This document shows, in pieces, positions 1 to 13,837 of a stretch of DNA of 64,000 nucleotides; the stretch's first letter is position 1, and every line of letters starts with the position of its first letter. The notes under the pieces are model-generated. The model ran no database searches. It had not been told where the DNA came from and was given only the letters and a program-made list of their open reading frames with translations. The stretch lies in contig NC_068987.1 in the NCBI RefSeq assembly GCF_001194135.2, positions 48,719,746 through 48,783,745 on the forward strand, in the 5' to 3' direction. Source of the DNA: Octopus bimaculoides (taxonomy: Eukaryota). The position numbers were made by a program, and so were the translations under genes.

Positions 1-234
1 TATATATATAATTAGAAATATAATATTTCTAAATCTCTCAGAGAGATTTAAGCAGTAGTGGAGCGATAAAGTTGTAGTATATTGTCAACTTAATGTGACA
101 ATCCCAATAAGGGAACACACTACTGCCGTTTAGCCCTAGGAAGCTGGACCACTTCCTGTCGGATCAATATTAAGATGTAGTTTTACTTGTTTTCCAAGTT
201 TTTTTTACTCCATTCAATAGTTTTTGAATATAAG

Positions 235-630
235 TTCTGTGTGGCTGAGAAGCTCACTTCCCAACCATGTGGTCTCTTGTTCATTCCCCCTGTGCAGTAC
301 TTTGGGCAAGTGTCTTCTACTACATCCTTGGGCTGACTAAAGCATTGTGAGTGGATTTGGTAGAGAGAAATTGAAAGAAGCTCATGTGTGTGTGTTTTAC
401 TGTTGCCTTGACATCATGGTTGTAAACAAGCAGCACCATCATACAAGCAATGTTGTTTGTTTCCGGTCTTCCATGGAAAACATGTCTGGCCATAAGGAAA
501 TATTACCTTGCTCGGAAACAGATGAGGATTGGCAACTGGAAGGGAATCCAGCTGAAAAGAAAGTCTACCTCAACGAATTATGTCTAAACCATGTAAGCAT
601 AGAAAAGTGGACATTAAATGATGATGATTA
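235..630 (+). mobile_element. tRNA-derived SINE ('family B' head, TG-rich linker, (GAT)n-ending tail)
   Basis: Head GTGGCTGAGAAGCTCACTTCCCAACCATGTGG...TTTGGGCAAGTGTCTTCTACT...GTGAGTGGATTTGGTAGA and tail ending GGACATTAAATGATGATGA. More than 15 related copies or heads in the window, e.g. 12620-13040, 19585-19740, 25670-25830, 50030-50330, 52560-52880, 56010-56400, 60195-60540. Confidence 0.8.
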
Positions 631-1871
631 ATACTTTTACTAAAACATGATATGATGGCACTATTTTGCTTGTTTCAGTTGCTGGACTGCAGCCATACTG
701 GAGTACTGCTTTGAGAAATAAATAAAAATGAAATTGTACAATGTGAACTATGAAATTTTTAATTCTTATTATACTTATTATTTATGTGTGTGTATGTCTG
801 AAAATGTTAGTAGCCAGGAAAGTTAATATAATTTGCTTCTATGCTATATTTAGTCATTTTAGATGTGATGACTTTTAGCTGTACTAAAGTCCAAACCTGA
901 TGTTAATTTAATTTGTGGACTACTAGAATCCCTTCATGTAAACTTTACTTTCAAAAGTTCATTCCTAGATTAGTACTGATATATATTATTTTACCAATCA
1001 CCCCGACAATGACCACCACCACCAGTCCCTGAATTTCATTGTAGCAGCTGTATAAACAAATGCCAGCTGTATATTTATAGCAGTTAGTACCAGCTCCAGT
1101 TTGAATATATGCTGAGTGGGACTAAGCAAATCTGCCTAACAGTGTTTTTAAAAGCTGCATTAATGATTATAATTTGCCAGCGTCTTTGAGAATTATAGTA
1201 GTGGATGGCCACTTTTTTTTTTATTTTTGTAACTTATTGACTGATCTGAATTATGGCCTATGGAATGCCACTCTGATAGTTGTGAAAAGTTCTTGACCTC
1301 TGATTTACCAATACTGTCAGGGAGAAGGGAGTAGCAGATCTCTGTTAAGGTCTTTTGGTTTTTTAGTTAGTACTCCAGAAAATTTCTGAAGGCAGTGACT
1401 CCAGTAAAATTATTTGACCTTTGGGCATAAATTGATGCCAACAGAAACCTCAAAATAAAAAGTAAGTTCTTAATTTGTGCCTTGAAGTTGGATAAATACT
1501 TTTGTTAAGTTATTTTGGGACCAGGGATATTGACAGTTTTGGCAGGAGAATATCTATAATTGGTTAAATTGGCATTATTTTATCACTGGTTTTCTGTAGA
1601 GATGGATAAAAGGCAAATTTGCCCCAGGTAAGATTTTGAACTCAAAACTAAAATGGTTGAAACTCAATATTCTATTGTTTCTGACAAACCTACTGTTAAT
1701 CTTTTAAAAATAAAATCCAGTCTTCTCCCTCTCTTTTGGTAACTTGGGATTTTTATCTGTAACAGTTTTTTTATTAAATATTTTTCTATTTAACTTTTGG
1801 TAGAATGCCTTTCAGGTAAATGGTGGCCATTCATCAAATAAAAACATTTTTTTTTTACTAGATGAATGGCC

Positions 1872-2143
1872 ATGGAACAGCCTGCTCATGAAATTAACAT
1901 GCAAGTGGCCGAGCACTCCACAGACATGCACACCTTTAATATAATTCTCAGAGAGATTCAGTGTGAAGCAAAATGTGAGAAGGCTGGCCCTTTGAAATAC
2001 AGGTACTACTCATTGTTGCCAGCTGTGTGGATTGGAGCAACATGAAATAAAGTGCCTTGCTTGAGGATACATGTGTTGCCAGAAATCACACTCACAACCT
2101 TATGATCGTGAGCCAAATACCCTAACCATTAAGCCATGCACCT
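1872..2143 (-). mobile_element. tRNA-derived SINE ('family A'), minus-strand copy
   Basis: Reverse complement aligns by eye with 13478-13760: tRNA-like A/B boxes, then GTGTCCTTGAGCAAAACACTTTACTTCATGTTGCTC and TTTCAAAGGGCCAGCCTT. Confidence 0.75.
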
Positions 2144-2764
2144 TCATTCATCTAGTGGTGGACATTTGTGCATCATAAGTTTAACTGTTTTGCTACCAAC
2201 CCACATGAAACTGTCTTTACTTCTATGATATAAACTTGCTGTTTTAAAGTAATCTAAATTTAAATCTGTCTTTAAAATTTCATGTTTATGTTCTGAACAG
2301 CTTTCATTACCATATTTCTTTTGAAATAACACTTCAATTTTCTTTTTTCAATTAATTTTGAAAATAATGAAGAATTTAGTAAAAATAACTTGGGCATTAT
2401 CAAGTTAATGTTTGGGACATGACTTGAAATTTTGATTGAAGATTTTATTTTAGATTGTTTTAAAACAGGAAGTTTGTATTACAAAACCAGTGAGAATCTT
2501 AGGCAAGTTGGTACCAGAAGGGTTATGACAAAGTTATTTTATTGAAAGTTATTTTATTGAAACAAAGGCAGTGCATCTTAAAGATATGGCAATAAAACCC
2601 ATAACCCTTTACTTTTTCAGGGCTTCTGAAGGTAATGGGAGGTAGGGAGGAAGTTATCCTCAAATCAGAGACATGGCCAAAGTACTTGCTACAAAGTGAT
2701 TGTGCTAAAGACATCCAAAGACCAAGTAGGGGTATTAAACTTAGTGGTCAATTAAGTCGATTAT

Positions 2765-3000
2765 CCAAGAGTTGCTTAATATATGGCAACAAATAACCTA
2801 TATGTTGTGTAATAATATAAGTAAAATAGCCCACGTATTGCTTAGTAGTATATGGCAAATAACCCAAATGTTGCCTCATGCTATATGGCAAATAACCCAC
2901 ATGTAACCTAATAATATATGGTGAGTAGCCAGCATATGGTCTAACAATATATGGTAAGTATCCAATATGTGGTCTAATACTGTATGCATGTATCAAACAT
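2765..3000. repeat. Degenerate 33-bp minisatellite (~7 units)
   Basis: Unit ~ATATGGCAAATAACCCACATGTAACCTAATAAT. Minus-strand ORF 2748-2996 shows the matching 11-aa periodicity (GYLPY). Further units at ~3082-3180. Confidence 0.85.
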
Positions 3001-3465
3001 CCTTTTTATTCCCTATCACTTTGAACAGATCATTTTAAAATTTTATTAAAAATAAATTTCATTTACAAATTCAGAGCTAGCTACATGGCAACATGTTGAT
3101 TAATATTATATGGCAAGCAACCTACATGTGGCCTAATAGTATATGGCAAGTGGCCTGTGTTGCCAAATGATGTTGTAATGTGGCTTGCTCTGAATTTGTA
3201 ACTGAAATTTATTTATAATAAAACCAAATAATTATTTGTTCAGTGGTTGGGAATAAAAAATGTTTGGTACATGACTACAGAATTGTACCACGTTTAATAG
3301 AAATATTTTAAACCTACTATTTTCTGAAAGTTTGCTATGGCTAAACAGTTGAACTTATTCTCTTTAGCATTCATAATACTGATTTCATGTTAGATATATT
3401 AAAGTGTTCATGTAGAAATGACAAAAGTAATAATCGAAGGAGCTGTTACACCTGATCTGTTAGAA

Positions 3466-3983
3466 TAGGGGTGTCAAATATTCAGCTTTCAGGCCAGGTC
3501 CAGCCCATGGTAATATTTTGTCTGGCCATTGACTCAATTTTATATATATATATATATATATATCATCATCATCGTTTAACGTCCGCTTTCCATGCTAGCA
3601 TGGGTTGGACGATTTGACTGAGGACTGCTGAAACCGGATGGCAACACCAGGCTCAAAATCACTATTATTTTTAAATTTTATTATAATCTCTTAAATATAT
3701 ATTGCTAGCAATATATTATATTATATTGTATTATATTTAACACGACTTTGTATATATGCTATGTAAATGAGATTTTCCCCCACATGTCTCTGCATATAAA
3801 ATTTGTTCATGCCTTATATTCTTTCCTCACTTTTGTTAATATTATGTTTATTGATCTTTTTATCCATTTACTTTGGCTTACATTATGAATAGTGTTTTTT
3901 AAGAATAATTGTCCCCATCCAGCCTGTGAGATCTAATTTATGCTTCAATCCAGCTTGTAAAGCCAAATAAGTTTGATACACTG
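3466..3983. mobile_element. Non-autonomous hAT (Buster/Charlie-like) MITE
   Basis: Termini TAGGGGTGTCAAAT ... GTTTGATACACTG. 8-bp target duplication TGTTAGAA (3458-3465) / TGCTAGAA (3984-3991) with central TA. Contains a nested (TA)n and an RTE 3'-end fragment. Confidence 0.7.
3563..3655 (-). mobile_element. 5'-truncated RTE LINE 3'-end fragment next to (TA)n
   Basis: CATCATCATCGTTTAACGTCCGCTTTCCATGCTAGCATGGGTTGGACGATTTGACTGAGG is a near-exact reverse complement of the LINE terminus at ~59235-59298. Confidence 0.85.
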
Positions 3984-4249
3984 TGCTAGAAATAACAGCC
4001 ATCTCTCCCTCAAATCAACACCCTAATGGCTTAAAAGAAAAGCAAGATATGGTACAAGATGTAATGTTTGATATATGAAAATTGCAACTGAGATATCACT
4101 AGTAATAGTTCTGTTAGGGCTGACTTGGGGCTAAACAACAGCTAATGTCTGTATAATTTGATGATGGTTTTCCTGATATCAAAGGTAACTTGATTGCAAA
4201 GTTGGATTATCAACAAATTTCAACAATTAAAAAAAAACAAAAAAAACAC

Positions 4250-4503
4250 AGCTAGTTTTAACAAAACAGCCAGTTTTAACAAGGCTAGGTATGTGGCCAG
4301 TTTTAAGAAGATTGGGTATGTGGCCAGTTGTAACAAGGCTAGGTATACAGCTGAGTGGGTTTGGTAGATGGAAACTGAAAGAAGCCTGTCATTCTGTGTG
4401 TTACTGTCTCTTTGCTTTGACAGCACATGATAGTTGTAACCATAATGTCTGTTTATAGTTGTAACCATAATGTCTATAGTTGTCACCATAATGTCTGTTT
4501 ATG
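4250..4503. repeat. Short tandem repeats: ~27-bp unit (4250-4350) and 21-25-bp unit (4431-4503) around and inside a SINE body
   Basis: CCAGTTTTAACAAGGCTAGGTATGTGG about 3 times; TAGTTGTAACCATAATGTCT(GTTTA) 3 times. Confidence 0.75.
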
Positions 4504-5509
4504 GGGAAATATTACTTTACTTGGAAGTGGGTGAGGGTAGGTGATGGAAGGATGTCCAGGTGTAGAAAATCTGCCTCACCAAATTCTGTCTGATCCATGG
4601 AAGCATGGAAAAGTAGATGGTAAAACAATGATGATGATGGGTATATGACCAGTTTTAACAACTAGCATTGTCTTTTCAGGTTTCTTGATTTGACTGGTTT
4701 ATTTGCTAATTTTATTTTTACTTTCTCAGATATTTAGGTCTGTTCTAAAAAGGGTATCATTTGAGATAAATATTCAACCTTATAATAATGATAATTTTTT
4801 ATACATAGACATAAGATTTAATGTTCACTATGATAATATGATAAATAAAATATAGCTTAGGAGTTTTTATTTAGTTCCTGGCTCAGCAAATTATCATAAA
4901 AGTTGTTAGATCTGGCACTATTCATTTAGCAAGCATCTTTATGTCAGTATTTTTTGAAAGGCTGACATTTAATTCAAGGGATTGTCTAAGCTATGTTATC
5001 TTATGGCATTTTAACGAATCCTTAATGAAATTCAGCATCATGTTTTATCTTGGCTTTTATTTTGTGTGTGGGGTGGGTGGGTGATAGTGTAGTTTTGAGA
5101 GCGAAAAAGAGAAAAAAGGTAAAAGAAACAAACAAAAAATAAGGTTCCATTTGATTTAGAATTCTTTATTGAAGCAGCTTTTATTTGAATATATGTAATA
5201 GTTTATCAAGGTTTCAAGTCTACTCTGTTTTACACACACACATACACACACTATACGTGTGTGTTTTTAAATACACAGACATCACAATATATGTATTCAC
5301 CTTCTTGTACCTTGAGGGTATGCCATGTCTCACTTCTAGAGTAAAATACTTGATCTGTTTCTCTATAATACTTTTTACCTTTCAACACCTGGCATAATGA
5401 CATCTTCCTCAATACTACATTCCTAACACCGTCAAGGTGTCTTGCAAGTTAACCTGGTGACATGACTAGTGTTGGTGCCATGAAAGGAAGCAGCCAGTAC
5501 ACTCTAAAG

Positions 5510-6410
5510 CAGGGGTTCCCAACTTAGTCCATGTGGACCACTAGGTGGTCCACAGGAAAATTCAGATGGTCTGTGGAAAATTTTCTGTGTCCGCCTGAAG
5601 AATTAAAATTTTTCTGTACATGCATGTCGCACAAATGAAATATGCCTCATCACATATGCGTGAGCACATACGAGTGCACTCATTGCCTGTTGGACGATTA
5701 GCTATCCAATCATACACGGATGTGTACCAGACAGGTACAGATGCACACAATCGGATCCACGTTTGCGTGCATTAAAAACACACAAAAAATTGTGTGTTCT
5801 CGGCTGGTCAACGCAGTTGTGTTTTCTACCTGACTTTTGGATTGAGGATTACTAATGAAACTACAGTTCTTACAGCTTACCCAACATATTGTATTGTCTC
5901 TCCAGGTATGTACATTTTTACGCAAGTGTTAGTCTAATTGTAATCTGTAGAAATTTTGCTGTCAGTGATATGGAAAAACGTTCCCTTAATTCTGTCCACC
6001 GACTCGGAAAAAAGATTCTGTAGATGATATCATGAAGATTATATCAAATATGGTTTTGTATCCAGTGTAGAAGATCCTTCTTTACCACAGTGTATTATCT
6101 GCTCAAAAGTATTAACTAACGACTCAGTGAAACCCTCTAAATTGTTATATCATCTACAAAAGATCCATCCTGATTTATATGGCAAGCCAAAGGAGTACTT
6201 TGAAGAATACCATCGCAAAAAAAAAGAAAAAATGTCTCATCTTCATCGCTCAAAAATTTCCTCATCCATACTAACAACTGTTCTGGTCTGCAGGCGTCCT
6301 ATAGCATTTTGCTCATGGTAGCAAAACATGGTCACCCACATACCATTGGCAAAGATCTGATTAGGCCCTCCGTACTTGAAGCATATAAAGTTGCTAATGT
6401 GCTGAACACT
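5510..6410 (+). mobile_element. Degenerate hAT Buster/Charlie-type transposon, 5' part with BED zinc-finger transposase remnant
   Basis: TIR start CAGGGGTTCCCAAC preceded by CTCTAAAG (nnnTAnnn). 6033-6400 translates YHEDYIKYGF...PQCIICSKVLTNDSVKPSKLLYHLQKIHP..YGKPKEYF and, after a frameshift, ASYSILLMVAKHGHPHTIGKDLIRPS, typical of ZBED5/SCAND3/Buster transposases. Right TIR not found. Confidence 0.85.
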
Positions 6411-6824
6411 GCCTCAGTTTTAGCTGAGCAATAGTGACTGGAAAGGCATCCAACCATCAAAAGCCTGCCTCAGTGACTTCTGCCTGATCCATGTGAGTAT
6501 GGAAAAGTAGATGTTAAAATGATGATGGTAGTGATGATTCTAGACTGATGCAATTGAAGGAAGATCCAGATTTGTTTCTTCTGTAAAGACAAGTGTAATC
6601 GTTTGGTACAGCTTAACTCTTTTATCAATAAATAATGTATCTAGAGTAGCAGTTGGCATTGGAATCTGAATAATTTAGGGATCTTTGATATTTCTAGTTT
6701 GTTTCTTTCACTGTTATTGCTTTAACAGTTCATTATTCTCCTGCTGCCATGGGTGAGAAGTAATTAAATGCTTCTGATCAATAAATTGACTGTTTTACCT
6801 GAATCAGATCTGTAGAAAATTATG

Positions 6825-7100
6825 TCTTTGTGTGTATGTATATGTATGTACATGTATGTGTTTACATATGTATGTGTGTGTTTACATGTTTGTATATGTA
6901 TGTGCATGTATGTATGTGTGTATGTTTACATGTGTGAATGTGTGTATCTATACACATGTGTGCATATATATAGCTATATATATGTGCATGTATATGTGTG
7001 AATATATATATACATACATACATATCTGTATACATATATATATATATTATATATGTATATATTTATATATATACAGACACAGAAATCTACATACAGGCAC
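6825..7100. repeat. Degenerate compound (TG/TA/TGTA) microsatellite
   Basis: Direct reading. Source of spurious ORFs 6832-7116 and 6998-7180. Confidence 0.9.
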
Positions 7101-7479
7101 ACATTCATTTAATTAACCCTTTCCTGACTATATTTTTTAATAAGTATTTATTGAAACTTGTTCGGCAATGTGTTAATTAATTTTCATTGTAATCAACACT
7201 TTGGAAGTGTTTAGTAAAATGGCCCCCAGGTCAACCCTGATTGAGCAGAGCTATTCCAGATATGACCATCCCATCTTTTTAGAAGTATCTGAAACTATAG
7301 TCATTGCTCAAGGTGTGTTCTTTATACTTCAGATGGAAGAATTTGATATGAAGGCAACTTAGCTGCTATTTCTTGTAGGTTGAACAACTCTATACAGTTT
7401 TCCTTGTTGGTGTTGACTGGCTGAAATCTGATAGTGTTCATATTATAATGAAATTTTAACTTAAATATAAAGGACATGT

Positions 7480-8580
7480 AGGTGCTGGTGTGGCTATGTG
7501 GTAAGAAGTTTACCCTCTGACCACTTGGTCATGAGTTCAGTCCCACTGCATGGCAACATGTACGTGTTACTATCCCCTTGCCTTGACATCATTTGATGTG
7601 GCTACACATGTTCTTGCAGAATATTGGAAACAAATGGCACTGCTTGTATTCTTTTGTTCTTTCACGTTTCTTTCATTTGACTGCGGCTTTCAAAGGTTTT
7701 GGTTGAATAAATTGACCCCAGGATTTATTTTTTTTAACCCTGGTACTTATTTTATTGGTCTCTCTTTGCAGAACCACTAGGTTATGGGGACATAAAGACA
7801 ACACCGGTTGTCAAGCAGTGGTGGGGGATATACACAAATACATATTTATATATATGAGGGGCTTCTTTCAGCTTCCAGGCACCAAATCCACTCACAAGTC
7901 TTTGGTTGGTCTGAGGCTATAGTAGAAGACACTTGCCCAAGGTACCACACAGTGGGACTGAACCTGAAACCATGTGGTTAGGAAGCAAGCTTCTTACCAC
8001 ATAGCCATTATGACAGTGATTCATTTACAAATATCGCTCAATGTCAACACAAGGAGACAGAAGCATACACATCATACATATATACAACAGGCTTCTTTCA
8101 GTTTTCAACTACCAAATCTTCTCAGAAGGCTTTGGTTAGCCCTGAGCTACAATAATAGACTCTTGATGAAGGTTCTATGTAATGGGACTGTGAACTTGAA
8201 GCCACATGGTTGGGAAGCAAATTTCTTAACCACACAACCACATAGCCTTGTCTATATATGTGTGTTTGTGTCTCTTGATATGGCAAGATAATTGTAAACA
8301 AGTGTCACCATCATACAAATGGTATCCCTTTGTTTCCGATTGTCAGTGCAAGCATGTCCTGACCATGAGGAGATGTTACCTTGCTTGGTTACAACTGAGC
8401 ATTGTAATGAATGTCACTGTCATGCAAGTGGTTTCTTTTATTTCCAATCGTCCATTTCTGGTTGTGGAGAATATTGCTTTACTTGGAATCAAGTGAAGGT
8501 TTGCAGCACGAAATGCATCTTGCCTCACCAAAATTCTATCTGACCATGCAAACATGGAAAAGTGGATGTTAAAACAAATA
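7480..8580. mobile_element. Cluster of nested SINE fragments in both orientations
   Basis: Family B heads at ~7490 (+), 7850-7995 (-) and 8085-8240 (-); second tail type at 7640-7830; (GAT)-type tail at 8250-8580. Confidence 0.7.
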
Positions 8581-9354
8581 ATGAGATAGTTATTAGTGGG
8601 TTAGTATGAAAAGGGTTACATGAAATTAATTATTCTTAGATTTTTTTTGTTGCTAAAGGTGTGTGATTACAAGTAATTTTCATTGAATTTTTAGACAGCT
8701 CAAGACTATACATTTGTAGGAGAGGAGTGCAGTTGAATGAATTGAGAAATGTACGTGCCTGGTACTTATTTTATCAACCCTGAATTGTGAAGTTGTCTCT
8801 AAAAGGATTTGAGCTTGGAGCATTGTAGAATAAAGCTAAAAACTGTAATTCCTTACCATTTCTGCTACTCTATAGCCTTGAAGGCAAATTATTGATGTTA
8901 TTTAAATTTAACACTTTTGTTACATTATTTCTGTTGAGATATGCTGCCTTTGTTTCAGTACATTTTGAAAATATTGGAGGGTGTGAGTTGAAAGAGGTTG
9001 GCTGCTATTTTCAGCAGATGAAGCAACCACATAGAGGCATCATCATCAACTATGTTTTTCTTTTCTTTCCAAAGTTAGATATCTATTGGTGTTTGACATA
9101 GGAATCAATATAAATTGGTACATAGGTTTACAACCTCAGATTTGTACTTGAGGAGAAATGAAAATTTGTGATGTGAATGCTTTTTCCAAAGGACATTAAT
9201 GATATAAGTGTAGTGAAACTAGTTTTGCAATCTATCCTTGCTGTGAGTTAACTTTTATGCCAAAGTGTCTTTCTTAATCACTTATTGGATTAAAATAAAT
9301 ATTGTATTGGGGTTGTGAAGATGAAGATTGTATACACAAGAAGTTGAGTAAGAT

Positions 9355-9955
9355 GCTTAACTCTTTTGATACCAAACTGTCTGAGATTGTCCTTTATTCT
9401 CTGGTACAAACTTCTTTGTTTTGAAATGTTCTAAATTAAAACTTTCCAACATGTTAGTTCCAAGTGCCAGCTTAATAATGGCAAAGTTATTTTATTAAAT
9501 TCTTTATTTTCAAAATTAACTGAAACAAAGTAGTGTACTTCTCTGGAGAGGTTAAAGAATCTGATTTTAGACTTTTGAGATTTGAAATTAACCCTTTCAT
9601 TATCATATTTCTATCAAAACATTTTTTTTTCAATTAATTTTGAAAGTAATGCAGAATTTACTAAAATAACTTTGTCATTAATAAGCTGGTATTTGTAACA
9701 ATGATCAATATGAAAATTTGATGAAAGATTTTAATTTAGATCACTTTATCCCTTTTGTTACCTTATTTCTGATAAAGTACACTGCTTTTGTTTCATTTCA
9801 AAAATAATGAAGAATTTAGTGGAATAAGCTTGTCATTAAGCTGATTCTTGAAGCATAAATTAACATAACATTTTGAAGGAAGGTTTTAATTTAGATCACA
9901 GTAAGTCAATATCATTCAAATCAGGAGCAGTCTTGGATGGGCTGGTATCAAAAGG
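9355..9955. mobile_element. Cluster of ~220-bp AT-rich TTAA-flanked MITE copies (piggyBac-like ends TTAACCCTTT...AAAGGGTTAA)
   Basis: Shared body TTGATACCAAC...GAGAC...CTAAATTAAAAC...CCAGCTTAATAATGACAAAGTTATTTTACTAAATTCTT recurs in both orientations at ~2170-2520, 16200-16420, 18870-19420, 29965-30180, 31995-32200, 45965-46160 and 53950-54037. Confidence 0.7.
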
Positions 9956-11699
9956 ATCAAAACAATAATTCTCAAGGTAGAGATTATTTTCATTTTAGCA
10001 GAATTTGTCAAAACATAAAAATCTTTTAATCTAATTTAGAAGTGGAAAAGGAATAATGAATAAAAATAAAAATAAAACTTTTTGCATGTAGCATAGTTTA
10101 TATTTCAATCCTTACACACACGCACACACACACACATTGTTTCTAGCTATATTTTTCCAAGATAGAATTAAAATTTTTATCGCACAGGTTAAAATTAGTT
10201 CATACATTTTTGTCCAGTCAAAGGTCTGGGTGTCTATTGGTGGTAATTTAATGTGTGTGTGTGGAACCCACAGCTATTTATTGTATACATATCTGTGGTA
10301 TTAAGTTTTCTTTTCAAAGATATATTTATTAAGAAACAACAACCAAGACATTTTTGAGGAATAGTACTTAATTCTTTGTGTGTGATGGTAATAAGAAACA
10401 CTTGGAATTGATAAGAGTTAAGTGTATGTGAAGGTGTGTGTAAAAGTGAAATTTGTGGAAAATAATTTTGAAATGATTTCAAACAATCGCAACCAAACCT
10501 GTTAATTTAGTTAAATTTTTAAAATGTTTTTTTCAAAACTTAGTTTATATTCTGTTTTTGTTTTGTAAATAATGCAGTTCTTTTACTGGTTTGTTTGTTT
10601 TTATTTCGTTAATTTTTTTTTTTTTTTTTTTTAGTGTGTGTGGATACATAATTCCATTTTAAACTCTTGAGATTTATCTTGAAAACACAACTTCCACAAT
10701 CTTTTGATAAGTTAATTATTACTGATAAAATCTTTCACTGAATTACTGGGAAACAAAATCTCTCTTTGATCTAGGTATCAGCTTACATTTTTTTTATCTA
10801 TATATTTTGTTTATTTGAAAAAAAAAAAAATTCTTTTTGAAGTCCTGCTTTATAAATCAGTGAAGAAGTGATATCTTGTGAACTTTAAAAAAATCTTCAG
10901 TTATGAAATGTATAAATAATGTGAGGAGCTCCCAGCTTCCATGGTTTGAAACATTAAAATGATAAAAACACCTTGCAAAGAAATATTTCCACATGGCCAG
11001 ATATGTTTTTGCAGAATATTGGAAATGAATTACACTGTCATATAGATAGTAACAGCCATCACATCATGTCAAGACAAGGAGACGCATGCATGCACGATGG
11101 GTTTCTTTCAATTTCTGTCTACCAAATCCACACAAAAAGATTTGTTCGGTCGTCTGGAGCTAAAGCAGAAGACACTTGCCCAAGATTCCACACTAGGACT
11201 GAACGTGGAACCATGTGGTTGGAAGCAAACTACTTAATCACACAGCTTTGCCTGCATCACTGTGAAAGAAATCAATTCATGTTAAGTAAATTTGCATGAT
11301 TTATTCAATGTATCAACATCATCATCAGTGTCATTGTTTTAGCGTCATCCTCATTATCATTGTTTTAGCTTCCAGATTTCTATTCTTGCACAAGTGAGAT
11401 AGAATTCACTGAGGCAGATTTTCTTTGACTGAATGCTCTTCCTGTCACCAGACCATACCTGTTTGCAAGCAAGGTAATATTTCCCTCATAGTCAAACATG
11501 TTTTCACAGAAGATCAAAAGCAATTGGCATTACTTGTACAACTGACACTCACTTCCAACTACCACATGTTAGGAAGGGCATCCATTAGAAACTATGCCAA
11601 ATCAGACATTGGAACATGATGCAACCTCTGAATCATTGGATTTGTCTCACTTTCCAATTCATGCCAGTATAATTTGTTATAAGAAATAACTTTTAGATT

Positions 11700-12435
11700 G
11701 ACAAATCTCTCACTTTGTCACCATCTGGCCCTCTCTCTTTTATGCCTTCCTCTTTCTCTATATATTTACCACACTCTTTATCACTCTTTGTATATGTATT
11801 ATCTCTCACACTTGCTGCACCCCACCTCTTCTTCATATGACATGCAATTGCTATCGTTTTGTTAAAAACTTTATTTTATAATGTGTGCTTTCATATGATA
11901 CATAGCTATCACACATAAATCCCATTTTCTGATTGGGTAAAAATGATCAAACTTTAAACATCTGTAACATTTTTCTATAATTTTCTGGAATAAATGAATC
12001 ACAAAATTGGATGCAGTGTGAAAAAGTACATCAATATACCAAATGTGAAAATTTCACTTAATTTTAAGATTTGAAAACTTTTACTTAATTCTAAAATTTG
12101 AAAATCTACGACAGCAATAGAAAAGATCCTTCTGTCTCTCTATCTTTCTCAGTCTTATACTCTTTTCTCATTGTGAATTTTCGCCTTCTCTCTATATATA
12201 TTTACCACACTCTCTCTTACACTTTCGCCTCCCCTCCTCCTCCACTGTGTGTGTACATTGCTTGCACTGAGTGTGTTAATGTATGCTCATGTGTAAGGAA
12301 TTTCTTTAGGGCAACAGAGTCAAAAGACCCTCACGAAATGTTAGCAGTGAGATAGACAGAAGAGTGTGGTAAGTATATATAGAGAGGGGAAAGGTATGAA
12401 AAGCAGAGAGAGATAAAGAGAGATTTGGTGATCTA
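11700..12435. mobile_element. Probable MITE with ~90-bp degenerate terminal inverted repeats
   Basis: 11700-11790 (...CTCTATATATTTACCACACTCTT) matches the reverse complement of 12345-12435 (AAGAGTGTGGTAAGTATATATAGAGAG). An internal direct copy lies near 12180-12220. Confidence 0.45.
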
Positions 12436-13477
12436 AAAGCTGAGTTTTTCTTGTAGCAAATTATATTTTTTGATTAATTATAATTGAAAACCTTCTCCCT
12501 GGGATGCAGATTTCAAAAATCAAATTGGTTTTTCTTGAGGTTGCACCATTTCAGAACCTTTCCATCATGTACACACAGACACTCAACATTTATAGGTAGT
12601 AAATATATATAGGTACAAACATGGTTTTGTTTTGAAGCTTGTTTCCCATCAAGCATATAGTCTTGGATTTGGTCCTTCAGTAGGGCATCTTTGGCAAGTC
12701 TCTTCTACTACAGCCCCAGGCCATAGCAGAAGACCAAAGCCTTGTGAGTGGTAAACAAACACTGAAAGAAGCCCTTTGTATATGTCCATTCATATATGTG
12801 TGTGTTTGTACTTGATATTACATGATGGTTGTAAATGAGCATCACCATCATAGAAGCCACGTTGTTTATTTCCTATTTTCTAAGAAAATTATGTCTAGCT
12901 AATGAAAAAGATATTACCTTTTTTGGAAACTGGTGAGGGTTGGTGACAGGAAGGCCATCCAGCCATAAAAAATCTACCTCAATAAAATTCTATCTGATCC
13001 ATACAAACATAGAAATGTGGACATTAAATGATGATGAATTGTGTGTGTGAGAGAGAGAGAGAAGAAGAAGAAGTGAAGAGTCATTGCTGAATGTTTTCTG
13101 ATTAAGTGTTTCTATTTCTCTAAAACTTGAGAATGTAGGTTGAATCTCCATTTACAGCTTATCTCTACTGAGTCACTGATCTAGTCCTTATGCATATACC
13201 CTTAGGTCACCACAACTACATGTTGTAGATAGGAGGAGTTCTTCTTATCTTGTAAGGTGAGATTTGGTGTGTAAAAATAAAGGAGATAACTAACGAAATA
13301 AAGCAAATAAAAATGAATATTCTAAGGACTAACTAGAGGAATGTTGAGGACATTATGTTCAAATTTTGTCATAGTAACACATTGGCATTTAGGTTAGAAA
13401 ATAGAGGCAGCTTGTAATACCTCCATTACACACTACTTCTTTGTCTTGTTATAGAGGTATTACATTAGGTATCATGA

Positions 13478-13760
13478 ATGTATGTGGCTTAGTGGTGATG
13501 GTATTTGGCTCATGATTGTGAGGTCATGGGTTCAATTCCCTGCGATGCATTGTGTCCTTGAGCAAAACACTTTACTTCATGTTGCTCTAGTCCACTCAGC
13601 TGGCAAAAATGTGTATTACCTATATTTCAAAGGGCCAGCCTTGTCGCACTCTGTGTCACGCTGAATCTTTCTGAGGACTATGTTAAAGGTACATTTGTCT
13701 GTGAAGTGCATGTTAATTTCATGAGGAGGCTGTTTTGTTGATCAGATCAACTGGAACTCT
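13478..13760 (+). mobile_element. tRNA-derived SINE ('family A')
   Basis: A box TGGCTTAGTGG and B box GGTTCAATTCC, followed by a conserved central domain. Matches 1872-2143 (-) and partly 35440-35640. Confidence 0.8.
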
Positions 13761-13837
13761 TGACATCATAATCAATGAAGTGCTAGTTAGATATTAGGTA
13801 TCACTGTAGAGCTCTGTAGAAGGGATGATGAGTATAG

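Noticed and set aside
2748-2996. ORF with GYLPY repeats resembling a structural protein
   Set aside because: It is the translation of a 33-bp minisatellite, with no splice or promoter support.
13482-13560. tRNA-like sequence
   Set aside because: A and B boxes are present but there is no complete cloverleaf, and the sequence continues into a multicopy SINE body.
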